A stretch of 64,000 nt of DNA from the sequence record PQ015379.1; one strand, 5' to 3'. Of the stretch, positions 55,143 to 63,148 are shown one piece after another (the stretch's first letter is position 1; each line of letters begins with the position of its first letter). A model generated the notes under the pieces. The model saw nothing but the letters and a program-made list of their open reading frames with translations, ran no database searches and was not told the DNA's origin. The translations under genes and the position numbers were made by a program.

Positions 55143-55279
55143 GCGGTATCGACGACCTGAAATTGCTGAAATTTTCGAACCTGTACGTGTTCCACCGGGC
55201 GGCCATGCGCTTTCACTCGGACGCCCTGAAGTCCACTAGCAGCCTCAAGAAACAACTGAAGGGCAACAAAGACAAATGA
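55139..55279 (+). CDS. small hypothetical protein (46 aa)
   Basis: MSGIDDLKLLKFSNLYVFHRAAMRF...NKDK; ATGA overlaps on both sides. Confidence 0.6.
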   Translation: MSGIDDLKLLKFSNLYVFHRAAMRFHSDALKSTSSLKKQLKGNKDK

Positions 55280-55989
55280 TCGCATATGGTTTCTCGCACA
55301 CGGCGCCCGATAAAGTTCTGGTGCACCTTCGCCAAATCGGGGTGCCTCGCGCCCAAATCGCAATCCTCGGTCCCGACTACGAAGCGCGCAAGCACCTGAT
55401 CTTTTTGGATGCCATGAGCTTTGAAACCTATCGCGAACGGGCCGACAAAGACCAGTGCATTTGCTACGTCTGCGACGATCCGATTTCGCTGGCGCCGTTT
55501 GAACTGATTCCCGTTGACTACAAGGAAGCCGACTACTTCCACGTTGACGGGTTCACCCTGACCGAATTCAAATCCATTCCACCGGCCAAGCAGGTGACTG
55601 GTCGCCGCCGCAAATTCGACGTGGTTGATTTCGCAAAAGATCACGCGGCACGGCAGCAAACTTTCTTCACCAATTTCATGACGTTCATCTACTCGATGCC
55701 GTCCGAAACGCACCAGTTACCGGTGCGTCAGCTGGCTTGTAAATGGCTGGCTTCCACCGAGACTTACCGCCAGCTGAATAATCGAATCGAAAAGCTGCGC
55801 AAAACTGTTTACCTGACTGACAAGCAGGCCGAACGTTTGGTTGAACTGCTGTCTACCGATATCGTGGACGTTTACCGCACCGCCCTGCAAATGGACGGCG
55901 AGGAAGACGAAGTGGCACACAAGCTGAAAATCAGCGCGTACGAAATGCGTTACATCCGCGCAATCAACAAAGGGGCCGCCGAGCAATGA
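55276..55989 (+). CDS. hypothetical protein
   Basis: 237 aa ORF. Confidence 0.75.
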   Translation: MIAYGFSHTAPDKVLVHLRQIGVPRAQIAILGPDYEARKHLIFLDAMSFETYRERADKDQCICYVCDDPISLAPFELIPVDYKEADYFHVDGFTLTEFKSIPPAKQVTGRRRKFDVVDFAKDHAARQQTFFTNFMTFIYSMPSETHQLPVRQLACKWLASTETYRQLNNRIEKLRKTVYLTDKQAERLVELLSTDIVDVYRTALQMDGEEDEVAHKLKISAYEMRYIRAINKGAAEQ

Positions 55990-56237
55990 GCAAACCCGCA
56001 CGATCCCCACGCACCGCGACACACATCGGCTACAACGGTTTCAACAACGAACAGTTTTTCAGCCGTCGCGGGCGTGTTGTGTTTCAATTTTCCATGGGCC
56101 GGGGGCAGTGGTTTGCAACCCGCCTGAATCCTAATCGTTTAGCCGAGTGCAGACCCCTCAATATTTTTGAACTGCACCCTGAAACTGCACGCGACATTCT
56201 GAGTCGCCAGCGAGGAACGCATGAGCCACGGCTTTGA
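55986..56237 (+). CDS. hypothetical protein
   Basis: 83 aa coupled ORF. Confidence 0.6.
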   Translation: MSKPARSPRTATHIGYNGFNNEQFFSRRGRVVFQFSMGRGQWFATRLNPNRLAECRPLNIFELHPETARDILSRQRGTHEPRL

Positions 56238-56769
56238 AGTGATTTGCGACCACACCAACAACACGCAGGAAGATATCGACAACAACGTGTTGAACCTCGA
56301 TATCGTGGGGCACCTGCCTTTGGCCGGTTGGAAAGCCGCCGAAGAAATCGTGATGCCGGAAATGAAACCGGGTTGGGATATCCCGCATGATCGTTCGTGG
56401 TTCACGGTCGAGGAAGCCGATGCTTTGAAGGCGAAAATGATGGGCCTTTCTCCGGAATTTCTGAGCGCTGGTGGAATGTACGTTGTGGTCCCGTCGTACG
56501 CCGCCGCCCTTCAGCGGGTCAACGAACGACTTACCAAATCGCTGCATCGTGTGCGCTGCGATTATCTGAAACCGATTGCGGTTCGTGGCGGTGCCTTGCT
56601 GCGTCACAACAAAATGAAATTCCGTTCGCTGCGTGTGGCCCGCCTGTGGTGGAAAACCAACATGCGCGACAATCCCGATTTCGATCCGGAACAGTTCATG
56701 CCCAAAGGCCAATTGGGCACCATGTACGGCGTGACGATTACCAATTCCCGAGGGACCAAAAATGAATAA
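56221..56769 (+). CDS. hypothetical protein
   Basis: 182 aa ORF. Confidence 0.65.
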   Translation: MSHGFEVICDHTNNTQEDIDNNVLNLDIVGHLPLAGWKAAEEIVMPEMKPGWDIPHDRSWFTVEEADALKAKMMGLSPEFLSAGGMYVVVPSYAAALQRVNERLTKSLHRVRCDYLKPIAVRGGALLRHNKMKFRSLRVARLWWKTNMRDNPDFDPEQFMPKGQLGTMYGVTITNSRGTKNE

Positions 56770-57052
56770 ACCTAACGGCGTTTGGGATGATCTGGTTGAT
56801 CCAGCTGAAGCCCCGGCTATGCGCCTGCGTTCGCTGATGCTGATGCGCATTTCCGAACAGGTCAAAGGCTGGGGTCAGAACCCGGAAGTGATTTGTCAAA
56901 AGCTGTTCATTTCGAACGGGCGCCTGCACGATTTGCTGGCCGGGCACATCGACCTTTTCAGCTACGATGAATTGGTGGAATTGCTGCCGCGTGCGGATCT
57001 GAATCTCGAAGCGATTTTGAAAGAAGGGCTGCGCCGTGCTGAAACTCGCTGA
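56762..57052 (+). CDS. XRE-family (HigA/HTH_37-like) transcriptional regulator
   Basis: LRSLML..I......Q.....KLFISNGRLHDLLAGHIDLFSYDELVELL. Confidence 0.8.
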   Translation: MNKPNGVWDDLVDPAEAPAMRLRSLMLMRISEQVKGWGQNPEVICQKLFISNGRLHDLLAGHIDLFSYDELVELLPRADLNLEAILKEGLRRAETR

Positions 57053-57449
57053 AGGTTTCCCCGACTACGGCAAGCAAGGCACCCCGCAATCGTGGACCTT
57101 GAATTTCGATAACCTGCCTAGCGGCATGAATTACAAGCCACTCAAAATCACGCTCGGCGCCCCTGAACGCCATCCGGTTCAGATGGATTTTACTGTCACT
57201 GAAAACCTGTTCGACCTGCAAGAAAACCCCGACATGAAAATGTTGAAGTATTTGCAGGATTGGGCGGCACTGGCCAAAGCCCACAACGACGTGCCACGCT
57301 TCACCGTGGATTCCGGGCGCAAGGGTGTGACCGTCACGTTTAGCAAGGCCCCGATGCTGCGCCTGTGGTTCCGTTCCCGTCGTCTGGCCAAAGTCTACGC
57401 CAAAAAGCACGACGTTTCCTTTTCGCACATGAGTTCTGAACAATGCTGA
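57036..57449 (+). CDS. hypothetical protein
   Basis: 137 aa ORF. Confidence 0.65.
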   Translation: MLKLAEGFPDYGKQGTPQSWTLNFDNLPSGMNYKPLKITLGAPERHPVQMDFTVTENLFDLQENPDMKMLKYLQDWAALAKAHNDVPRFTVDSGRKGVTVTFSKAPMLRLWFRSRRLAKVYAKKHDVSFSHMSSEQC

Positions 57450-58078
57450 AAATGTACATCGCTGTTTTGACCGACGCGCCCGACTACATGGTGCCTACGC
57501 TGGTCGCGCACTCGGTGCTGAACGCGCACGAATACTTCACCGACACCGAGTACCGCACCACGGAACAGTTGCAGACTTATCACGAATGGCAGCACATGTG
57601 GTTCCGCAAAGTGGTTTTGCGTGTGAACCGCCGCGAATTCACCAAGATTCGCGAAACACTGCTTTGCTGGGCGGGTCACGAAAACACGATCTGCAATGCT
57701 GAGCCGTCGTGCCTCGTTGTGTTCCCGGTTGAACACGACAACGTACCGAACGTTCTGAAGTTCGCGAAAATGTGGAAACCGGAAACCGTAACCCCGCCAC
57801 TGCCGCCTCAAGTTCCGGGCACCAAGCAAGTCGATTACCGCATGCTTCCCGAATCGGTAAAACAGTTGGTGCAAAACGAATCGTTCGACATGTACAAAGT
57901 TGAACGTTATTTCAAGGCGCATGCGGCCCTTGAATCGGGGATTTACGTTGTGCAGCCCGGTGATTACCTGTCGGCCATTGCTGACGACCTCGGCATGGAT
58001 TGGCGCGAACTCGCCCAGTTCAACGGTTTGACCAACCCGGATTTGATCTATCCCGGCCAAGCGATCCGCCTCCGTTAA
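57443..58078 (+). CDS. PTH2-like peptidyl-tRNA hydrolase domain fused to C-terminal LysM
   Basis: KMYIAV......PTLVAHS...KVVLRV (PTH2-like); YVVQPGDYLSAIA...WRELAQFNGLTNPDLIYPGQAIRL (LysM). Confidence 0.7.
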   Translation: MLKMYIAVLTDAPDYMVPTLVAHSVLNAHEYFTDTEYRTTEQLQTYHEWQHMWFRKVVLRVNRREFTKIRETLLCWAGHENTICNAEPSCLVVFPVEHDNVPNVLKFAKMWKPETVTPPLPPQVPGTKQVDYRMLPESVKQLVQNESFDMYKVERYFKAHAALESGIYVVQPGDYLSAIADDLGMDWRELAQFNGLTNPDLIYPGQAIRLR

Positions 58079-58087
58079 GGAATCCAG

Positions 58088-58414
58088 ATGAATGCACTGA
58101 TCGAAGAGATTCACCAGACAGCAGAAAAAATCGAAGAACTGTCTGAAAAACTCGACCCACGGGACCGCGACGTTTTCTTCACGCGCTGCGCCCTGTGTAA
58201 TGATCCACAACGGATCTACACCGAAATGTGGTTCGAGCGTGCGAACGCCCGCGACTTCGCGATTTACAACGTGGCGCCCGGCGATAACCTGCAAGAAATC
58301 TTCGACCGTTTCCAGCCAGATGTGACCATGGAACGTTTCGCATTCATCAACAATATTTCGGACCCGGCCAATCCACCGGTCGGCCTGTTGATTACCCTCA
58401 AGGACGTAAAATGA
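58088..58414 (+). CDS. LysM-like domain protein
   Basis: YNVAPGDNLQEI...FAFINNISDPA.PPVGLLITL. Confidence 0.6.
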   Translation: MNALIEEIHQTAEKIEELSEKLDPRDRDVFFTRCALCNDPQRIYTEMWFERANARDFAIYNVAPGDNLQEIFDRFQPDVTMERFAFINNISDPANPPVGLLITLKDVK

Positions 58415-58779
58415 CTGACGCAGAAATCGCGGCACACGAAGCCGAAGCGGAACAGAACGCCGCACGTGACAAAGAACTGGAACGTTTGGCCGGTGTTGCG
58501 GCTGATCGCTCGCCGGAAGAAATCGCCAATGGCTGGGCACCGCTGACCAACAACGAAGACTCGGTGGCCCTGCAATGCTACCTGCGAATTGACGTGTATT
58601 TCGCACATGGTTTCAGCCAAGTTTTGGCCTACCGTTCGCAGGATAAAAACAACGATTCGATGTGGGCTTACATCGGCTACGGCCTCGGCACCGCCAAATA
58701 CCCGTGGCCCTGCAACGTGCGCCGCGCCATCGTGGAAGCAGCCGCAAAAATCGGACGCCTCAAGGAAATCCGCCAATGA
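58411..58779 (+). CDS. hypothetical protein
   Basis: 122 aa coupled ORF. Confidence 0.7.
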   Translation: MTDAEIAAHEAEAEQNAARDKELERLAGVAADRSPEEIANGWAPLTNNEDSVALQCYLRIDVYFAHGFSQVLAYRSQDKNNDSMWAYIGYGLGTAKYPWPCNVRRAIVEAAAKIGRLKEIRQ

Positions 58780-59243
58780 TCGACGCTGAAGACTTCCAAA
58801 TTCCCGTGCCCAGCACCCAAAAGGCACTGGACCGCATCGTGTTGCAACAATCGGTAAAGCACCTGCAACAGCAAATCTCCGAACGTTTGATGGAAGCTGT
58901 GCAGGACAATCTTTTCGAAAACACGCCGCAGCAGTTGATCGCCAGTTGCAACGCGATGCTGGCCGACGCAAGCGACAAAAACTTGCTGGGCGCAGAACTG
59001 TCGGCTATCGACTCGAAAATCTGCACCAAGTACGAAATCCACGATGCGAAAAACCGCTGCCTCGTTCGCCTCATGGATAAAAACGACAGCGATATCAAAT
59101 TCATCTGGTTGCGTGGTCGCCGCAAGGCCCATAAGGTTGGTCGCAGCCACGTAGGTTCGATTTATCTGGCGTTTTCGGCGCGCCCGGTCGAGGCTACGCG
59201 GCGTGTGGTGTTCCAAGTTGCAGTGGAGTCGAAGCCACAATGA
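58776..59243 (+). CDS. hypothetical protein
   Basis: Start MIDAED at 58776 (ATGA overlap). Confidence 0.65.
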   Translation: MIDAEDFQIPVPSTQKALDRIVLQQSVKHLQQQISERLMEAVQDNLFENTPQQLIASCNAMLADASDKNLLGAELSAIDSKICTKYEIHDAKNRCLVRLMDKNDSDIKFIWLRGRRKAHKVGRSHVGSIYLAFSARPVEATRRVVFQVAVESKPQ

Positions 59244-59545
59244 ACAACACTGTAAACCATATGAAGCGTGAGCTTTATGTGCTGATCATCAATGAGTTGA
59301 ACCGGCAGGCGCGCCCGTCTTGCAAGGCTTCGGGCCGCGAAGAAAAAGAGCGGTGCATGCGCGCCTATGTGCAGCGGCAATACCTGAAAATCGGTGGCCC
59401 GTTGAACATGGAACTTCTCCCATATTTCCATCCAGATTTTCCAGATAACGAGCACGAATCGCTGGTGAATGCTGACCTCGAAGTATTGGTCACTATCGCC
59501 AGCAAACTCGGTTACTCGCTGGATATGAACTGGACCCGTCGCTAG
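59240..59545 (+). CDS. hypothetical protein
   Basis: 101 aa coupled ORF. Confidence 0.65.
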   Translation: MNNTVNHMKRELYVLIINELNRQARPSCKASGREEKERCMRAYVQRQYLKIGGPLNMELLPYFHPDFPDNEHESLVNADLEVLVTIASKLGYSLDMNWTRR

Positions 59546-59554
59546 GAATAAATC

Positions 59555-60601
59555 GTGGCAAAACAATTTGAAGCCGTTTTCACCTCGGACTGGCATTTGA
59601 CCGGCCTGAACAAACATTTCCAAGATGCAGATGATCGCATTCTGGCCGAAGGTCGTAAGATTTTTCAGTACGCGCTGAATAACGGCATCAAATACGTGAT
59701 CATTCCGGGTGACATTTCCGATAACCCGGATCTGCCATTCGACACGTACACCAGCCTGTTCAACCTGTTTTACGAATACGACAAACTGCTGACCATCATC
59801 TACGTGGCAGGCAACCACGATTTCGAGAACATCGAGAAAATGTCGATGAACTTCATGCGTCGTTTGTCGAAAACCAAAGCCTTCAAAAACCTGCGCATCG
59901 TACTCAAGCCCGAGCGTATCGAAATCGAAGGCGTGCCGGTCAATCTGTTGCCGTTCCCGGCCCTCAAAACCCTGTCGAAAAAGACCGGCGCCCTTAACGT
60001 GGCTCACGTTGAATATACCGGGGCCGTCGGTGACAACGGGCGTACCCTGAAGACCAAGCATGAACTGGAATCGCACAAAAACGATTTCACGATCAGCGGG
60101 CACATCCACCAATACCAGTACATGGAAAAGAAACGCGCGATTTATTGCGGCAATCCTTTCCAGAAAAACTTCGGCGAAACCAGTGTCAAAGGTTTCGTGC
60201 ACGCCCGTGTGATCCTCAATGGGGATCGCGTGGATGTGGAACATAAATTCGTCGAGAATAAACCGGCGTTCAGTCTGCAAAACGTACACATCAAAGACCT
60301 GAACGATTACAAAAAGCTGAAGCACGATTCGAATATCCGCTATAAGCTGCACATCGATCCAGAAGTGCCGCTGCCTGCCGATATTATGCTGCAATATCCG
60401 AATATTACCGGGGGAATTGTTTGGACCGGTGCCAAGGGCAAGGATTTGACCGATATTGACACGATTAAAATCGAACGGGCGGATATTGACCCTGAATTCG
60501 GTTTGGAATCGTTTTTGGGGGCCGAAGGATTAAACGCAAAGCAGATTGAATTGGCAATGAAGGAAGTGAAAAAGGCGAAAAATAGCCTCGGTTTTTCCTG
60601 A
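59555..60601 (+). CDS. sbcD: SbcD/Mre11/gp47-like nuclease
   Basis: SDWH, PGDISD, AGNHD, AH, SGHIH metallophosphoesterase motifs, YCGNP. Confidence 0.92.
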   Translation: MAKQFEAVFTSDWHLTGLNKHFQDADDRILAEGRKIFQYALNNGIKYVIIPGDISDNPDLPFDTYTSLFNLFYEYDKLLTIIYVAGNHDFENIEKMSMNFMRRLSKTKAFKNLRIVLKPERIEIEGVPVNLLPFPALKTLSKKTGALNVAHVEYTGAVGDNGRTLKTKHELESHKNDFTISGHIHQYQYMEKKRAIYCGNPFQKNFGETSVKGFVHARVILNGDRVDVEHKFVENKPAFSLQNVHIKDLNDYKKLKHDSNIRYKLHIDPEVPLPADIMLQYPNITGGIVWTGAKGKDLTDIDTIKIERADIDPEFGLESFLGAEGLNAKQIELAMKEVKKAKNSLGFS

Positions 60602-60726
60602 GTAGTCCGGGGGCGACCCCGGAATTAATTAATTCCCGACCATACTAATTTATTTATAGTTGGTCGGCATCGCGGCGCTGCGATTAAAGGCCTACTGCAT
60701 AAACCCTTAATCGAGGAATTCCTAAG

Positions 60727-62025
60727 ATGGTCATGAAAGCCGTCCAAAAGGACAAAAGCGCTGCTGCTGTCAAAGAGCGCAAGGTAGCGAAAGCTCGCCG
60801 CCGCAAATCGAAACACAAACTCAACCGTGAGGCACGCGCCAAGTACAAGGCGATGACCGTGCAAGAAAAACGCGACCTGCACGCACAGGCCGTTTTCACC
60901 AAGGCCATGCGCCATGGTGCGACCGAAGCCGAAGCGAAAAAGATCAAGGCCGCGTGGCTGAAACGCCGCAAACTGCGTGAACAGGGCCAACACGCCGCTG
61001 GTAAGCGCCGCGATGCCCACTCGGCTCAACGTCAAATTCGCTCGCAACTGAGCCGCAAAGCTGATGCCCTGAGCACCCAGCACAAAAAAGCTCTGCAAGC
61101 GATCAAAACCAAAGGCAAAACTCCTGCCGCCCGCGCTCAACTGCGTGCCAAGGAAAAAGCCCGTTACGCCGACGCTCGCAAAGCGCTGGCCGCCGAGCGC
61201 ATGAAAGCCACCGGTGCCCACAAGGCCGCTTTGAAGAAGATCAAATCGAAAGGGAAATTCTCCCTGAAGAGCATGATCAGCAACTACAAAGACAAGCCGA
61301 TCAGCACCCAAGGCAAGCGTCTGGTTAACGTGGACAAAATCGGCAAGAAAGCTCAAGCCGATGGCATCGCGAAAATCGCTGGCAAGCACTTCAACGCCAC
61401 CAAGATCAAAACTGGCGGCGCCAAGAAGAAAACCCCAGCCGCTGCTGCCCCAGCCGCCGCTGAAGCTCCGGTGAAAAAAGGCCGTGGTCGTCCAAAAATG
61501 ACCGAAGAGCAAAAGAAAGCAGCCGCTGAAAAGCGTGCCGCCGCCAAAGCTCCTGCCACCCCGGCCAAAAAAGCTGAAAGCAAAAAGGCTGACAAGCCTG
61601 CCAAAGCTCCGGCCAAAAAGCCTTCCGCGAAGAAAACCGAGGCTGCCCCGGCTGCCCCGGAAAAACGCGGTCGCGGTCGTCCAAAAATGACCGAAGAGCA
61701 AAAAGCAGCCGCCAAACTGGCGCGTGACGCCAAGAAAGCTTCTGCTGCCAAACCGGCCAAAGCTTCCAAAGCTCCAAAAGCTCCCAAAGCTTCCACCAAG
61801 ACCAAGCCTTCGGCCAAGTCGAACGTAGAAGCCAAGGAAAAGCCGGAAAACAAAAAGCCAGCGGCCAAGACCAAACCGTCGAACGCCCCGGCCAAAAAGC
61901 AGCCCGCCACCAAACCAGCGGCTAAACCCGCTGCGAAGAAACCGGCCAAAAAGCCTGCCGCTGAAGCGAAAGCTCCGGGCAAGCAAAAAACCGGTGGCGC
62001 CGCTCCTAAAGTCCGCCTCGCCTAA
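60727..62025 (+). CDS. histone H1-like Lys/Ala-rich protein with two AT-hooks
   Basis: 432 aa; KKGRGRPK and KRGRGRPK; KPAAK repeats; GAGG RBS; own terminator. Confidence 0.8.
   Translation: MVMKAVQKDKSAAAVKERKVAKARRRKSKHKLNREARAKYKAMTVQEKRDLHAQAVFTKAMRHGATEAEAKKIKAAWLKRRKLREQGQHAAGKRRDAHSAQRQIRSQLSRKADALSTQHKKALQAIKTKGKTPAARAQLRAKEKARYADARKALAAERMKATGAHKAALKKIKSKGKFSLKSMISNYKDKPISTQGKRLVNVDKIGKKAQADGIAKIAGKHFNATKIKTGGAKKKTPAAAAPAAAEAPVKKGRGRPKMTEEQKKAAAEKRAAAKAPATPAKKAESKKADKPAKAPAKKPSAKKTEAAPAAPEKRGRGRPKMTEEQKAAAKLARDAKKASAAKPAKASKAPKAPKASTKTKPSAKSNVEAKEKPENKKPAAKTKPSNAPAKKQPATKPAAKPAAKKPAKKPAAEAKAPGKQKTGGAAPKVRLA
61486..61703 (+). repeat. 29-bp direct repeat (61486-61514, 61675-61703) encoding the AT-hook module GRPKMTEEQK
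   Basis: GGTCGTCCAAAAATGACCGAAGAGCAAAA occurs twice. Confidence 0.9.
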
Positions 62026-62059
62026 TACGTGAAGCGGCGCTCTAGGGCGTAGCAAAACG

Positions 62060-62094
62060 AAACCCGTCTCTCTTTATTGGGAGGCGGGTTTTTT
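62060..62094 (+). terminator. intrinsic terminator
   Basis: AAACCCGTCTC...GAGGCGGGTTTTTT. Confidence 0.75.
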
Positions 62095-62146
62095 GCGTTA
62101 TGGACCATAATTTATTTGTATATCCTCCTATTCGGGTGTACAGGCA

Positions 62147-63148
62147 TTGCAAATACAATCCAAATACATCGATGACAACCCGAACATCATCGACCTTAAA
62201 AACGCCCGAAACGCAAACGAAGTCGTAACGGTATTAACCCGAATCAATACGGCTACCGGCGTTTTGGTTTCCAAATTCAACCAAAAGAAGCTGCCATTCC
62301 TGAAGGTTTCCGATGGTGTGGAAGCCCTCACGTTCTGCGTTGATTCGTTGGTCGAACTACGCTGTGCACGTTCTGTTGCGCAGGAATTCAGCGATTCCAA
62401 ACGCGACCGCTGTTTCCAGATGATCAGCGCCCTGCAATCCAACATCCGTTCGTTCCAGAAAACGCTGTTGGATTTGATCGATGGTGTTTGCAGTTCCCGC
62501 ATGGACAAACACCTCGATTACCTTTCGGATATCGTCTACAAAATCCTTTCGCGAATCAGCCACACCACGCAGCTGCACCTGCGCCTGCCTGAATATCAGA
62601 TGATTTGCTTCCGCACTGATTCCGGCATTCAGGATAAAAACGGCTACGTTAGCGGCCCGATCACGGTGAAGCTCACGCTGCTGGGCGGTGTATATCGCAT
62701 TTCGATCCCTGATTCGCCGTACGTGCTTTCCGGTGAAACCATCGTTGAATCGGCAAAGGATGTGCAAACGTACATCACGGGCAACCTTTCCGATTTCGAA
62801 TACGTCGGCAAACCGGTGCCCAAGGACGACAAACTGCTGGCGTCCAAACTGGTGAAAAACATTGAGGTAACGGACGATACTTTGAACGTCGTTTTGAAAC
62901 CCTTCGTGAAGCCAGAAGATATCAACAAGTTTTTGATGCGGGTTCTGCCGTATCTCAAGCGTGCGGTTAGCCTGCCCGACACTGATGTGATCCACCGCGT
63001 TTCGCAGTACGGGAACAATTTCATGATTTCTTTCATCGTGGGTAAACGGAAAATCTACGATGTGCAATCACTGAATAAACTGACGAAGCTGCTGAACGTC
63101 GGCAAGTCGGAAAAAGACAAACTCAACACAATCATGGAACAATCCTAA
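62147..63148 (+). CDS. hypothetical protein
   Basis: 333 aa ORF; start uncertain (TTG). Confidence 0.75.
   Translation: MQIQSKYIDDNPNIIDLKNARNANEVVTVLTRINTATGVLVSKFNQKKLPFLKVSDGVEALTFCVDSLVELRCARSVAQEFSDSKRDRCFQMISALQSNIRSFQKTLLDLIDGVCSSRMDKHLDYLSDIVYKILSRISHTTQLHLRLPEYQMICFRTDSGIQDKNGYVSGPITVKLTLLGGVYRISIPDSPYVLSGETIVESAKDVQTYITGNLSDFEYVGKPVPKDDKLLASKLVKNIEVTDDTLNVVLKPFVKPEDINKFLMRVLPYLKRAVSLPDTDVIHRVSQYGNNFMISFIVGKRKIYDVQSLNKLTKLLNVGKSEKDKLNTIMEQS

Noticed and set aside
14466-55810. One-mismatch variants of ACTGTAAA (about 14466, 30155, 38733, 51718, 55802)
   Set aside because: Not counted in the motif tally because single-mismatch 8-mers are expected often by chance; some may still be real promoters.
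56762-57052. XRE regulator as a toxin-antitoxin pair or lysogeny repressor
   Set aside because: No recognisable RelE/HigB toxin, integrase or divergent cro-like arrangement next to it.
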